Shown one piece after another: positions 8,074-16,987 of a stretch of DNA of 19,982 nucleotides. The position numbers and the translations under genes were made by a program. The notes under the pieces are model-generated. The model was given only the letters and a program-made list of their open reading frames with translations, searched no databases and was not told where the DNA came from. The stretch comes from Candidatus Bathyarchaeia archaeon (lineage in GTDB: Archaea > Thermoproteota > Bathyarchaeia > TCS64), in contig JBEKDF010000044.1 in NCBI GenBank assembly GCA_050014495.1, positions 1 through 19,982 of the forward strand. Reading direction: 5' to 3'. The number at the start of each line of letters is the position of its first letter. Within the stretch, counting starts at the first letter, position 1.

Positions 8074-9396
8074 ATGGGATACATCCCGACTCTAGTAGCG
8101 ATTTTCCTGGCGGCGCTCATCGTGCCAACCAGCATCTACTCCATACAGAACCCCAATCAGGGAAGCAACATTCTCAAGCCCGAAGACATCGCCCTCAAAT
8201 ACGTCAAGTACGGCCCAACATTCAGCTTCGATGGCATAGCAACCACCCTCAATGTCACAGATGTGTCCATAAACAAGAGTAACCCGCCACAGTACGTCGT
8301 GACGGTTGGCTTCCAGTGCCTCCACGGAGGATACGGCGACAGGGCTGGTCAGATGCTCACTAAGGCGATAACCCCCCATGTGATGGTTGTAAACGTGGCT
8401 GATGGAGAGGTCACGGAGGCGGTGGTCGATGGTTCCTGGGACGAACTCAGCGGGAAGCCAATCCAGGTAGCCTCTAGCAAGGATGTGGTTGAGCGAATCG
8501 CCCTCGACTGGCTCGTGAACGCGCCCACTTTCAAGTTCGACGGCGTCGCGGGCTCTGCTAAGGTAGTCGACTCGTGGCTCGCTATGACATTTCGTGCCCC
8601 CGGCTTCTGGAGGGTCACGATCGAGTTCGACTGTTTATATGCCGGGTACGGTGACAGGACGAGCCTAATGCTCACCCAGGTCATAACACACCACACAGTC
8701 GACATCACCGTCACGGAGGGAAAGGTCACGGCCGCTGTTGTCGACGATAAGTGGGATGAGTTCAAACAGGTTGACTTGACGCCGCCGTCAGTTATACTCT
8801 CTCCTGAGGAGGCTAGGGACATTGCCATCAAATACGTCATCCAGAAGTTCAGCGTCGAGGGCACATCCCCAAACGACTGGGTCGTGGAGGACCTCACGCC
8901 CAAGGGACTCTTAGGCTCCCAGAAGACCCGCTACACGTCGGGTGACTGGGTTGTCACCGTAGAGTATGCAGTTGTATGGAAGCCCAGTTATAACGTGACA
9001 GTCGATAATGGCTCCGAAATCTCATGGATGGGTAGCGTGGACCAGAGTGGCTCACTACAGACTGCTAAGTCCACCGGCCCAAATGTCCCTCAAATCTTCT
9101 ACACCCCAGAGATAGCTCGTACTATGTGTATAGGGTACTTAGTCGCCAACCATCCCGAAGTTAAGGTCCAGCAACCAAGTGAGTGGACTGAGACGAACCT
9201 GGTGCCCCAGGGTATCGTCGGCATAACGAAGGTACAATATACGAGCGGAGGGGGGACTGTAACAGTTAAAGCTCCAGTGGTCTGGAAACCTACATACACC
9301 GTCTCAATAAACTACGCAGGTCCCGAGGGCTCCTTCACATGGGATGGAATACTCCCGCAAGGTGGACCCGTCAGCGAGACCTCCTTCAGTAAATAA
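8074..9396 (+). CDS. Hypothetical exported or membrane-anchored protein with two pairs of internal repeat domains (A-A-B-B)
   Basis: Hydrophobic N-terminus; PTFxFDG...CLxxGYGDR...ITxH...GxVTxAVVDxxWDE twice; PExAR...WxxxxLxPxGxxG...YTSG...VTV...VVWKPxYxV...WxG twice. Confidence 0.85.
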   Translation: MGYIPTLVAIFLAALIVPTSIYSIQNPNQGSNILKPEDIALKYVKYGPTFSFDGIATTLNVTDVSINKSNPPQYVVTVGFQCLHGGYGDRAGQMLTKAITPHVMVVNVADGEVTEAVVDGSWDELSGKPIQVASSKDVVERIALDWLVNAPTFKFDGVAGSAKVVDSWLAMTFRAPGFWRVTIEFDCLYAGYGDRTSLMLTQVITHHTVDITVTEGKVTAAVVDDKWDEFKQVDLTPPSVILSPEEARDIAIKYVIQKFSVEGTSPNDWVVEDLTPKGLLGSQKTRYTSGDWVVTVEYAVVWKPSYNVTVDNGSEISWMGSVDQSGSLQTAKSTGPNVPQIFYTPEIARTMCIGYLVANHPEVKVQQPSEWTETNLVPQGIVGITKVQYTSGGGTVTVKAPVVWKPTYTVSINYAGPEGSFTWDGILPQGGPVSETSFSK

Positions 9397-9444
9397 AATC
9401 CTAGATTTTTGTTAATCTATGCTCCAATAGATCTGATAAAGGGG

Positions 9445-9451
9445 AAAAAAA
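9445..9451 (-). terminator. T7 tract just after the permease stop, candidate terminator
   Basis: A7 on the + strand, 6 nt past the stop codon at 9458. Confidence 0.45.
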
Positions 9452-9457
9452 TTTCCT

Positions 9458-10645
9458 TTACCTGGTCATATTCCTCTTGAAGAGTGGGATCGCGATGGCA
9501 GTGAAGACTATACCGAATGCTGCGAGCACGGCGATCTCGCTCGATATGGCGGGGATGCCTGCCCCAAGGACTAGGACCTTCCTCAGGGCGGTGGTCGCGT
9601 AGGATAGTGGGATCAGTTTGGAGATGTCCTGCATGTACCATGGCATCTGCTGGGTCGGGAAGAAGACTCCGCTGAGGAACATCATTGGGAACATTATCGT
9701 CATCATCATCATCGTCGCTGTCTCCTGGTCTTTCGCGAAGCTGGTTATCACGATACCTATGCCTACGAAACTGAAGACGTCGAGTAGAAGTAGGCCGAAG
9801 ATGAGAGGTATGCTGCCCTGTATGGTCACCCCAAATAACGTCACAGCCATGATGAGGATTAGGGTACCTTGCAGCAGGCCCCTCATGGTTTGGGCGAGGG
9901 TTTTTCCGAGTATTATTGAGAGACGATTAATTGGCGCTACCATCATGCCGTCTAGTGTACCGATCTCCCTCTCGTGACTGATGGCGGCGGGAAGACCCGT
10001 CATTACACTCATCATGACGTTCATGGCCATGATACCGGGTGCCATGAACTCGAAGTAGCTGAAGTTCCCTGGGACTGCTCCCTGGGTATTAACGGTGAGG
10101 GGTTGTATGATGGCGATGGGGTTCTTTATTGTCGGGATGAGTGCCTCGATCTTCTGTTCTGCAAAAGCTGCCCCTATTTGATGGAATATGGCCGTCATTG
10201 CGCCCTGGAGGAGTGCGGACATCTGGGGGTTTGACTGATCGGTCACGATTATTATCGTTCCTTGCCGCCCCGAGTTGAGGGTGGATGTAAAGTTTGCCGG
10301 TATTACTATTCCGCCTTCTACCTCGCCACGCTGGATCATCCCTCTGACATCGTCTATTGATGATACCTGAGTGATTGTGAAGTTGTCCATCCGGTTTAGG
10401 TATGTAACGAGTAACCCACTTGTGGTGAGTTGACCCTTTTGGAGGCCGTATGCCTGGTCCTCGTTTGCGACGGCGAGGGTGACCTTTCCCAGGCTCTGGT
10501 TGGAGGGGAAGATGAAGCCCACCATACCCATCATGAATATGGGCATGATGATCAGCATCGCCAACCCGAGTCTATTCCTGAAAAGTTCCGTGAGGTCCTT
10601 CCTCGCGACGAGGTAGACGTGATACATCGTATTTCTAGATGTCAT
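9458..10645 (-). CDS. ABC-2 type exporter permease with extracellular domain (DrrB/YbhR-like)
   Basis: N-terminal TM, large loop (GGIVIPANF, DQSNPQ), HEREIGTLDGMMVAP, LGKTL, FLSGVFFP, PLSYA. GGTGA SD overlaps the upstream stop. Confidence 0.93.
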   Translation of the reverse strand: MTSRNTMYHVYLVARKDLTELFRNRLGLAMLIIMPIFMMGMVGFIFPSNQSLGKVTLAVANEDQAYGLQKGQLTTSGLLVTYLNRMDNFTITQVSSIDDVRGMIQRGEVEGGIVIPANFTSTLNSGRQGTIIIVTDQSNPQMSALLQGAMTAIFHQIGAAFAEQKIEALIPTIKNPIAIIQPLTVNTQGAVPGNFSYFEFMAPGIMAMNVMMSVMTGLPAAISHEREIGTLDGMMVAPINRLSIILGKTLAQTMRGLLQGTLILIMAVTLFGVTIQGSIPLIFGLLLLDVFSFVGIGIVITSFAKDQETATMMMMTIMFPMMFLSGVFFPTQQMPWYMQDISKLIPLSYATTALRKVLVLGAGIPAISSEIAVLAAFGIVFTAIAIPLFKRNMTR

Positions 10646-10652
10646 TTTTTAA

Positions 10653-11672
10653 TCACCTTACACGAGCGCGCGCCCCTCTACCCATGAATCCGCGTCTCTG
10701 GACGGCGATCTTCTGAGTCGCTGAGTCACGCACTTCGTGTCCTGTTATCTGGAGGAATACATCCTCGAGGGAGGGTTCTCGGCTGCTCACCGATGTGATC
10801 TTGCCATTCTGTGCCCTTATGGAATCGATGATCGTGTCGAAGGCGTCCGCACCGATGGCTTGGACCATGATGTGTGTCGGGTCTTCTTGAGAGACGCCAT
10901 TTACACAGCTCAGGGACTTTAATGCTGATAGGATTGTAGTGTCGAAGTTGGGGATAACAAACTCTAGCACTGTAGCATCGCCTCCGGAGATGAGCTTTTT
11001 AAGATTCGGGGACGTGTCGAGGGCCACGATCTTCCCATGGTCCACGATGCCTATGTGTTTGCAGAGCAGGTCTGCTTCGACCATCATGTGAGTGGTTAAG
11101 ATAACGGTCATCCCGTTCTCCTGGTTGATCTTTTTGATGAATTCCCTGATCTCGACAGTGGTCTGTGGATCTAGTCCGAGTGTTGGCTCGTCGAGGAAGA
11201 GTACCTTCGGTTGGTTTAAGAGAGCCCTGATTATGTTCACCCTCTGCCTCATGCCTGTGGAGAAGGTACCTACCTGGACGTCCTTCCACTTAGTCATCTG
11301 GACTAGCTCGAGGAGCTCTACGATGCTCTTCTTCATCTGGTCCTCCGGAACCCCGTAGAGTTTCCCGAAGAACTCTAGATTCTCCTTCGCTGTGAGACGC
11401 TCATACATTATCAACTTCTCAGATACGAGTCCGATGAGGGTCCTGACCTTTGAGTCTTCCTTAATTATGTCGTATCCGCCGATGAGAGCCGTTCCAGAGG
11501 TGGGTCTAGATAGTGTTGCGAGCATCCTGATAAGTGTCGACTTACCAGCCCCGTTTGGGCCAAGGAGACCGAATATCTCTCCCTCCTCCACGTTGAAGGA
11601 GATGTGATCCACGGCGGTGAAGTCGCCAAATTTCTTTACTATATCTTCCACTTGGATTTCGCTCATTCGCAA
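10653..11672 (-). CDS. ABC exporter ATP-binding subunit (DrrA-like)
   Basis: Walker A GPNGAGKS, signature FSTGMRQR, Walker B LFLDEPT, H-loop TTH, C-terminal EPSLEDVFLQITG. Start is TTG 11672 or ATG 11666. Confidence 0.95.
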   Translation of the reverse strand: MRMSEIQVEDIVKKFGDFTAVDHISFNVEEGEIFGLLGPNGAGKSTLIRMLATLSRPTSGTALIGGYDIIKEDSKVRTLIGLVSEKLIMYERLTAKENLEFFGKLYGVPEDQMKKSIVELLELVQMTKWKDVQVGTFSTGMRQRVNIIRALLNQPKVLFLDEPTLGLDPQTTVEIREFIKKINQENGMTVILTTHMMVEADLLCKHIGIVDHGKIVALDTSPNLKKLISGGDATVLEFVIPNFDTTILSALKSLSCVNGVSQEDPTHIMVQAIGADAFDTIIDSIRAQNGKITSVSSREPSLEDVFLQITGHEVRDSATQKIAVQRRGFMGRGARARVR

Positions 11673-11812
11673 TCAGACTCCTTGCTCATTTTAATGGCTC
11701 GGAAGATCGCACCGTGGTTGACCATGAGTCTCGCCGCTCCATTATGCATTGATGTCTTCCCTCGTCCCTAATCGTACTTACCTGAATCCATCCAACTTTC
11801 ATGGATTTCTAG

Positions 11813-13318
11813 TTACCCCATTCCGAGCAGGTGTCGGAGCCATCCCCAGAAGTCATTCCCTATGGTTGCAGCGGGCTTCGTGACGGTTACAGAGTAGCTG
11901 AGCATCTGTTGCTGGGGTCTGTTGAGGTTGTCGAGGTAGCTGACCCTGATCTTAACGTTGGCGTTTCCGAGGGTCGCGTTAGATAGGATGTTGAACTTCA
12001 ACGTGAATAGTATCGGACTATCTGGGTATATTGCGCCGATGTAATAGCTGCTCTCTGGAATGACGGTGACTGTTGAGTCGCCGACCACATCGATGGTGGT
12101 GAACTGCACCTTGCTGGTGCCCTTGAGGAGTAGACTCGAGTCGATCTTTGCTTGGGTGCCCTGATCAGCACTCACCTGCGTCGGGTTCATTATTGCGAAG
12201 TTAACGACCTGACCGACCTGCACTGTGAGGGTCTCCACCGTCGCCCTCTGGACTCCTTTGGAGTCAGTGTATGCTAGGGCGATTGTGGCTGGTATCTGGG
12301 CAGCGGGAGCAGCGCCATCGACCAAGACTGTACAGCTCACTGTCTGGGAGTCACCTGGGTTCATTTCACCGAGGCTTATAGTCGTCGGAGTTAAGGGGCG
12401 TAGGAGACCTGTGGCGTCGAGTGTGATGGTTGCCTTGGTGTTTAAGGCTGAAGCATCCGCGCAGTCGACCCTCGCTTGTAGTGTGAATCTTTGCCCGGGG
12501 ATGGCTGTTGTGGTGTTGAGGTTTGTAACTGTGAGGACGGGGACGTTGTTGATCATCGGTGCCGTGACTTCGAGTGGAAGGGCGGCTGCTTGCTTGAAGC
12601 TATCATTGGAGGGATCAGAGTAGAACATCGAGGCGGCTAGTGCGTAGGGACCGAGGGGTGTACTCTCGAGGGCGTAGACACGCGTCGTGAAGCTCGTTGT
12701 ACTACCAGCCTTTATCATGGTCGTGTTGTAGTTTAATGGGCCCTCGATGGATAGGAAGGGCGAAGCCGTTGAGAGTGTCAATGCGACGCCTTCTACATCC
12801 GTAGCCGCGATGTTGCTCATTGTCAGTGTTACAACGTTTAGCTCACCAACGTTGAGCTTCTTCGGGGAGGCCGTTACCTCGATCATCGGCAGGAAGAGTT
12901 TATCGATGACGATGGTGATCGGGATTGGTACCGTGACTATTCCGCGGCCCGCCCTGAGGTAAGTGAGCTGCATGGTCAGGGTGTATGCGCCTAGGCCGAC
13001 ACTCTGGTCAATCATCACTGTGGCGTTGTAGGAAGTCGATTTCCCTTGAGATAGTACATTGATGACCTTCTGGGACCCTGTCAAGATGGAAATCCCGGGG
13101 GTTGTGGAGGTTATGAATGCCTCCACCTCGCTGGCATCGAAGTTGCCACCGTTGTGTATGGTTATGCCTATTACGCCGTGTGTCCCTGCTGAGAAGGTTG
13201 TGTTTGTTACGTTGACCTCGAGGTGAGGTATTATATCGTCTGCGTAGGCGTATGCGATCTGCCCCGCCATGAGACAGATTAGAAGACCAACTATCATGGT
13301 GCTCCTCTTTCCGTTCAT
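11813..13318 (-). CDS. Exported COG1361/S-layer-domain (CARDB-like Ig repeat) protein
   Basis: Signal peptide ending AYAYA; repeated beta-rich Thr/Val modules (GxYxLxxxxxY); amphipathic C-terminus DFWGWLRHLLGMG; first gene of the ABC operon. Confidence 0.8.
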   Translation of the reverse strand: MNGKRSTMIVGLLICLMAGQIAYAYADDIIPHLEVNVTNTTFSAGTHGVIGITIHNGGNFDASEVEAFITSTTPGISILTGSQKVINVLSQGKSTSYNATVMIDQSVGLGAYTLTMQLTYLRAGRGIVTVPIPITIVIDKLFLPMIEVTASPKKLNVGELNVVTLTMSNIAATDVEGVALTLSTASPFLSIEGPLNYNTTMIKAGSTTSFTTRVYALESTPLGPYALAASMFYSDPSNDSFKQAAALPLEVTAPMINNVPVLTVTNLNTTTAIPGQRFTLQARVDCADASALNTKATITLDATGLLRPLTPTTISLGEMNPGDSQTVSCTVLVDGAAPAAQIPATIALAYTDSKGVQRATVETLTVQVGQVVNFAIMNPTQVSADQGTQAKIDSSLLLKGTSKVQFTTIDVVGDSTVTVIPESSYYIGAIYPDSPILFTLKFNILSNATLGNANVKIRVSYLDNLNRPQQQMLSYSVTVTKPAATIGNDFWGWLRHLLGMG

Positions 13319-13355
13319 TCAATCACTTCGTTTTTGATCCTTTTTTTGTCTAGTT

Positions 13356-13433
13356 GGGCGCTGTTTCCGTTGGGAGGGCCCAACTTTGGGCATTCCTTGC
13401 AGGCGCCCGTAGGTAGACTCCTACCTAGTTACC
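13356..13433 (-). ncRNA. Candidate structured cis-regulatory 5' leader RNA
   Basis: Hairpin UAGGUAG-GAGU-CUACCUA, then stem GGGCGC/GCGCCC enclosing hairpin GUUGGG-CCCU-CCCAAC, located between a TATA box and the COG1361 start. Confidence 0.4.
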
Positions 13434-13453
13434 AGCCTACTGCCCCATAGTTA

Positions 13454-13468
13454 CTTATAAACGTTTTA
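13454..13468 (-). promoter_or_regulatory. BRE/TATA promoter of the COG1361-ABC operon
   Basis: Minus strand TAAAACG-TTTATAAG: purine-rich BRE-like segment directly before a consensus TATA box. Confidence 0.6.
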
Positions 13469-13546
13469 ACCGCCTCCCAGTGGGATTGGGCCTTCAAATT
13501 GTCTGTGGGAAATGATAAATCCCGATTGAAGTAATGAGATATCGGG

Positions 13547-15130
13547 TTGGGTTTATTGGCTAAAATATCAAGCGAGAAGCGTACTGCACTCGACTGGGTA
13601 GAAGCTAACGAGAAGATGATCTCGGGGTTCGATAAGAGGATCTGGGGCTTCGCTGAGCCGGCTTGGAGGGAGTACAAGTCCTCGGCAGCTTATTGTAAGC
13701 TGCTGGAGGAGGAAGGGTTCAAGGTCAAGAAGGGGACCGGAGGTATGCCCACGGCATTCCTAGCGACCTTCGGTGAGGGAAAGCCTGTGCTCGCGACGTA
13801 TGTGGAATACGACGCCGTCCCCGGGACATCCCAGAAGCCTGTGCCACATCAAGAACCTAGGGACGGGTTAAATAGGTGGGCGGCTGGGCACACGGATCCC
13901 CACTCAGCCCTCGGAACTACAGCCCTGGCTGGGATCCTAGCGGCTAAGGAGGCGATGGTGAAGCACAGCCTCAAGGGGACGTTGAAGATATTTGGGGAGC
14001 CGGCGGAGAAGGTCTGCGGCTCGAAACCTGTCCACGCCGCTTGGGGCTACTTTGATGATCACGATGCTGCCATCTGCTACCACCCATCGGGAGTTAACAC
14101 TGCTCTGCTCGAGACTCAGATGGGGGCATACTGGAGTGTCGTGTTCACATTCGAGTGCTTGGAGCCAGAGAAGTGGTTCAAGCCTGTGGGCCCCATGAAG
14201 GTGGGGGGCCACGCCGGAGGTCGATGCCCGGCTGCCCTCGACGCCATCTGCCTCATGTACACGACGACGAAGTACACGAAGGAGGCGATGCTCCCACATG
14301 GTGCCTATTGGACACTTAACGAGTACGTCATGGTAGCTGGGCAGTGTACCTCGGATAATCTGCCGCCTAGGATTGGGCAGATCCAGTACGCGTGGAGGAC
14401 CCCAACGCTCGGGATGGCTCAGCAGATATTTGATGTGTTGGAGAATAACGCGAAGCATGTCGCTGAGATCGCATTCTGTAAGCTGACGACTAGGTGGGTG
14501 ACGAAGACCAGGGTTGGTCTCCCCAACAATGCTATGACGGAGATCACGTATGTGAACCACGAGGTCGTGGGGCCGCCAAAGTATGGGGAGGAAGCGAAGA
14601 GGTTCGGGCGCGAGATCCAGAAGAACCTTGGTTTAGAGCCAATGGAGGATCCATTCAATGATGCGTGCCAGAGGTTGATTACTCCCAAGGATTATGAGGC
14701 CGAGCAGAGGGCGACTCTGGAGCCCTGGCAGATGCACTTCGGCGCCGACGACTACGTTGACTACACGTGGCACTCACCATCTGTGAGGATGTTCACCGCG
14801 AAGGCCATCTTGAGGGCACCGAAGCCTGGGTACGTGTATCCCCAGTGGGCGTCGAACGCTATGGCGGGGTACCCGGAGACGATCGACCCCATGATCTTTG
14901 CGGGTGGTAAGGTGATAGGTGCCACGCTTGTTGACCTTCTAACGAATCCAGGTGAACTCGCGAGGTGTAGGAGGGAGTTTGAGGAGAGGACTGGTGGGGG
15001 CATCGGTGGTTCGAAGTGGGTCGGTCCTCTCCTCCCAAGGGACTTTAAGGCACCCGTAGACATGAGGTGGCCCGAGTACGTGTCGACGGCGCGTGGGGAT
15101 GAGTGGTGGATACCAACCCCGACTTCTTAA
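13547..15130 (+). CDS. M20-family amidohydrolase (AbgB-like) with non-canonical motifs
   Basis: IWGFAEPAWREYKSS, GMPTAFLATFG, EYDAVPG, GHTDPHS, GEPAEK, YHP, ALDAI, with the same overall layout as AbgB; TTG start. Confidence 0.85.
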   Translation: MGLLAKISSEKRTALDWVEANEKMISGFDKRIWGFAEPAWREYKSSAAYCKLLEEEGFKVKKGTGGMPTAFLATFGEGKPVLATYVEYDAVPGTSQKPVPHQEPRDGLNRWAAGHTDPHSALGTTALAGILAAKEAMVKHSLKGTLKIFGEPAEKVCGSKPVHAAWGYFDDHDAAICYHPSGVNTALLETQMGAYWSVVFTFECLEPEKWFKPVGPMKVGGHAGGRCPAALDAICLMYTTTKYTKEAMLPHGAYWTLNEYVMVAGQCTSDNLPPRIGQIQYAWRTPTLGMAQQIFDVLENNAKHVAEIAFCKLTTRWVTKTRVGLPNNAMTEITYVNHEVVGPPKYGEEAKRFGREIQKNLGLEPMEDPFNDACQRLITPKDYEAEQRATLEPWQMHFGADDYVDYTWHSPSVRMFTAKAILRAPKPGYVYPQWASNAMAGYPETIDPMIFAGGKVIGATLVDLLTNPGELARCRREFEERTGGGIGGSKWVGPLLPRDFKAPVDMRWPEYVSTARGDEWWIPTPTS

Positions 15131-15151
15131 TCCAAAGCTATTATTAGCCTC

Positions 15152-15703
15152 GTGCCTTCGGGTTCTCTGATCAAGTTGCTTGAGAAGACCGTCCCTCTGA
15201 GTGAAGCGGAGAACGAGGTCAAGGTGGTGACGCAGCGCGTCGCCCTCCTCCACCTATCATATGCGCGTACACTCGTGGATGAGTTTGGTTGGGAAGAAGG
15301 CAAGAGGCTGATTCTGAAGTCAATTAAGAGGTACGGTGTGAATGTGGCCAACTGGACAGCCGCAGGACACCAGGGACTCCCACGGTTTGGCTTCTGGGAG
15401 CGACGTGAGGGAAAACCCGAGCTCTGCGAGCTGGGGAAGGTGATGATCGAACTGGGTGAGCCCGAGCTTGGGGCCCTCTATTGCCTAATTGACCCGGCGA
15501 AGACGATGGCCGCGGACCCCACACAGAAGATGATACATACTAGATGCATGATCCTCGGCGACGACGAATGCAGATTCGCCACAGTCCCGACGACGGAGGC
15601 GGAAAGGGTAGACCTCGAGAAGGATTGCGACTGGGCGTACGTGGACCCACTCATCGACGATTACCTGAAGAGGAGGCACACTAGTAAGTCCGATAGTTCG
15701 TGA
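15152..15703 (+). CDS. V4R/L-2-amino-thiazoline-4-carboxylate hydrolase-like protein
   Basis: LVDEFGWEEGKRLILKSIKRYG, CELGKV, GALYCLIDPA, HTRCMILGDDECRF (four-Cys V4R-like pattern); 21 nt downstream of the amidohydrolase. Confidence 0.7.
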   Translation: MPSGSLIKLLEKTVPLSEAENEVKVVTQRVALLHLSYARTLVDEFGWEEGKRLILKSIKRYGVNVANWTAAGHQGLPRFGFWERREGKPELCELGKVMIELGEPELGALYCLIDPAKTMAADPTQKMIHTRCMILGDDECRFATVPTTEAERVDLEKDCDWAYVDPLIDDYLKRRHTSKSDSS

Positions 15704-16931
15704 CAGCGGCGATGCCGCCAAAGCTGCGGATGAGCATATCACCCTCCTCCGTGTTGCCGGAGATGAGCTCCGACCTCGCATGAGCCGCCTCCGCCATCTC
15801 GATCAGAGCCTCGATGAGGTCTTTCTTCTCTAGAACCTCGACGTCTCCACCGCACTTTTGACACTTTATGGTGGAGAGGTTCGCCTCGAAGTCACTGGAC
15901 TTGTCGTTGTCCACGACCCTGTTCTCGACGTGGTCGCATGCCTTGCACTTGAGCCTGTAGAGGGTTCGGCGCACATCCTCACTTATGAGGAGGAGCTCGA
16001 CGTTCTGGCCTTTGAGGGCCTGGAATATGTCTTGCTCGCCATAGGTGCCGAGGCCGTCGTCCTCGCCTAGGTGCTTGAGGAACTCCTGGACATTCTTCCG
16101 CTCCTCGTAGTAGCGGGCGTCTTTCATGATCTCTCTACTGCGGTTAACGAGCTCCTTTATGCCCTCAGGACCAGTGTAGCCAGTGTCTATTGTTGCCAGG
16201 ATCTTGTCCTTGAGCTCGTAGTGGAGGTAGTTGCCGTTTAGGAAATCCTCCTTTGTGGGTCCGGGGCCACCGACTATTATCCCCTTGAGTCCTGGGACGT
16301 TGCGGTAGTGCTCGGTGATGTAGCCGCCGAGGCGAATGAACCACTCGTTCAGGTACATGTCGCGGAGACGCTCGTAACGCCGGCTTGATTGGCCGCCTGC
16401 ACGGGTCTTTCCCTGAACGCCGCTTGTGTACTGTTTGATTATCTCAGTTCGGTTACCCTTTAGGAAGCCGAAGGCGGCCTCCTTAGAGTCCAAGACCACC
16501 AGGCCGTAGATTTCCTTGGAGCTTAACATGTTGAATAGGGGCTCGAGCAGGAATTGGTGTTCGCAGCGGTAGTAGTAGATGGTGATGGGCTCAGGGGGGA
16601 CGATGACGAATGTCTGCATGTCCCCGACTCCCAGCTGGTTACTGGCTATGTTGCCAGCGAAGATGGCTAGACCGGTTGGGGGTATGGATTTGAAGAGTTT
16701 GAGGCGCTCCATGACCTTGGTGAGAGCGTCTTGAACATTCTTTCTCGTGGTCTTGCTCTTGATGTTGACTGCGGTGCCCCACTCGTTGCGGAGGTCGTTC
16801 ATGACCTCTGAGATGGCTTTACCGGGTGGTACGTAGACGCTAACGAGCTCGGTGCCACGTCCCTGTAGGTTCTCCAGTTGCTCCAGCATTCGCTGGGCTC
16901 GTAGCCTGTCTAGGGGCGCGTTTCCACTCAT
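15681..16931 (-). CDS. prf1: Peptide chain release factor aRF1
   Basis: GRGTELVSVYVPP, NIKS, YRCEHQF (YxCxxxF), GGQS, GGPGPTK, CxxC..CxxC minidomain, FGGIAA. Confidence 0.97.
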   Translation of the reverse strand: MSGNAPLDRLRAQRMLEQLENLQGRGTELVSVYVPPGKAISEVMNDLRNEWGTAVNIKSKTTRKNVQDALTKVMERLKLFKSIPPTGLAIFAGNIASNQLGVGDMQTFVIVPPEPITIYYYRCEHQFLLEPLFNMLSSKEIYGLVVLDSKEAAFGFLKGNRTEIIKQYTSGVQGKTRAGGQSSRRYERLRDMYLNEWFIRLGGYITEHYRNVPGLKGIIVGGPGPTKEDFLNGNYLHYELKDKILATIDTGYTGPEGIKELVNRSREIMKDARYYEERKNVQEFLKHLGEDDGLGTYGEQDIFQALKGQNVELLLISEDVRRTLYRLKCKACDHVENRVVDNDKSSDFEANLSTIKCQKCGGDVEVLEKKDLIEALIEMAEAAHARSELISGNTEEGDMLIRSFGGIAAVTNYRTY

Positions 16932-16987
16932 GTTTCGTCTACCTTTGACGCCTTCAATAAGAGATAACGCAATATATACGTTGCTTT

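Noticed and set aside
11673..11812. Possible 38-codon minus-strand ORF (MKVGWIQ...) and a 7-bp inverted repeat AATCCAT/ATGGATT within the operon gap
   Set aside because: No recognisable motif or SD, and both are within chance expectation
13429..13677. 82-aa minus-strand ORF
   Set aside because: It overlaps the amidohydrolase start and the promoter region and has no protein-like features
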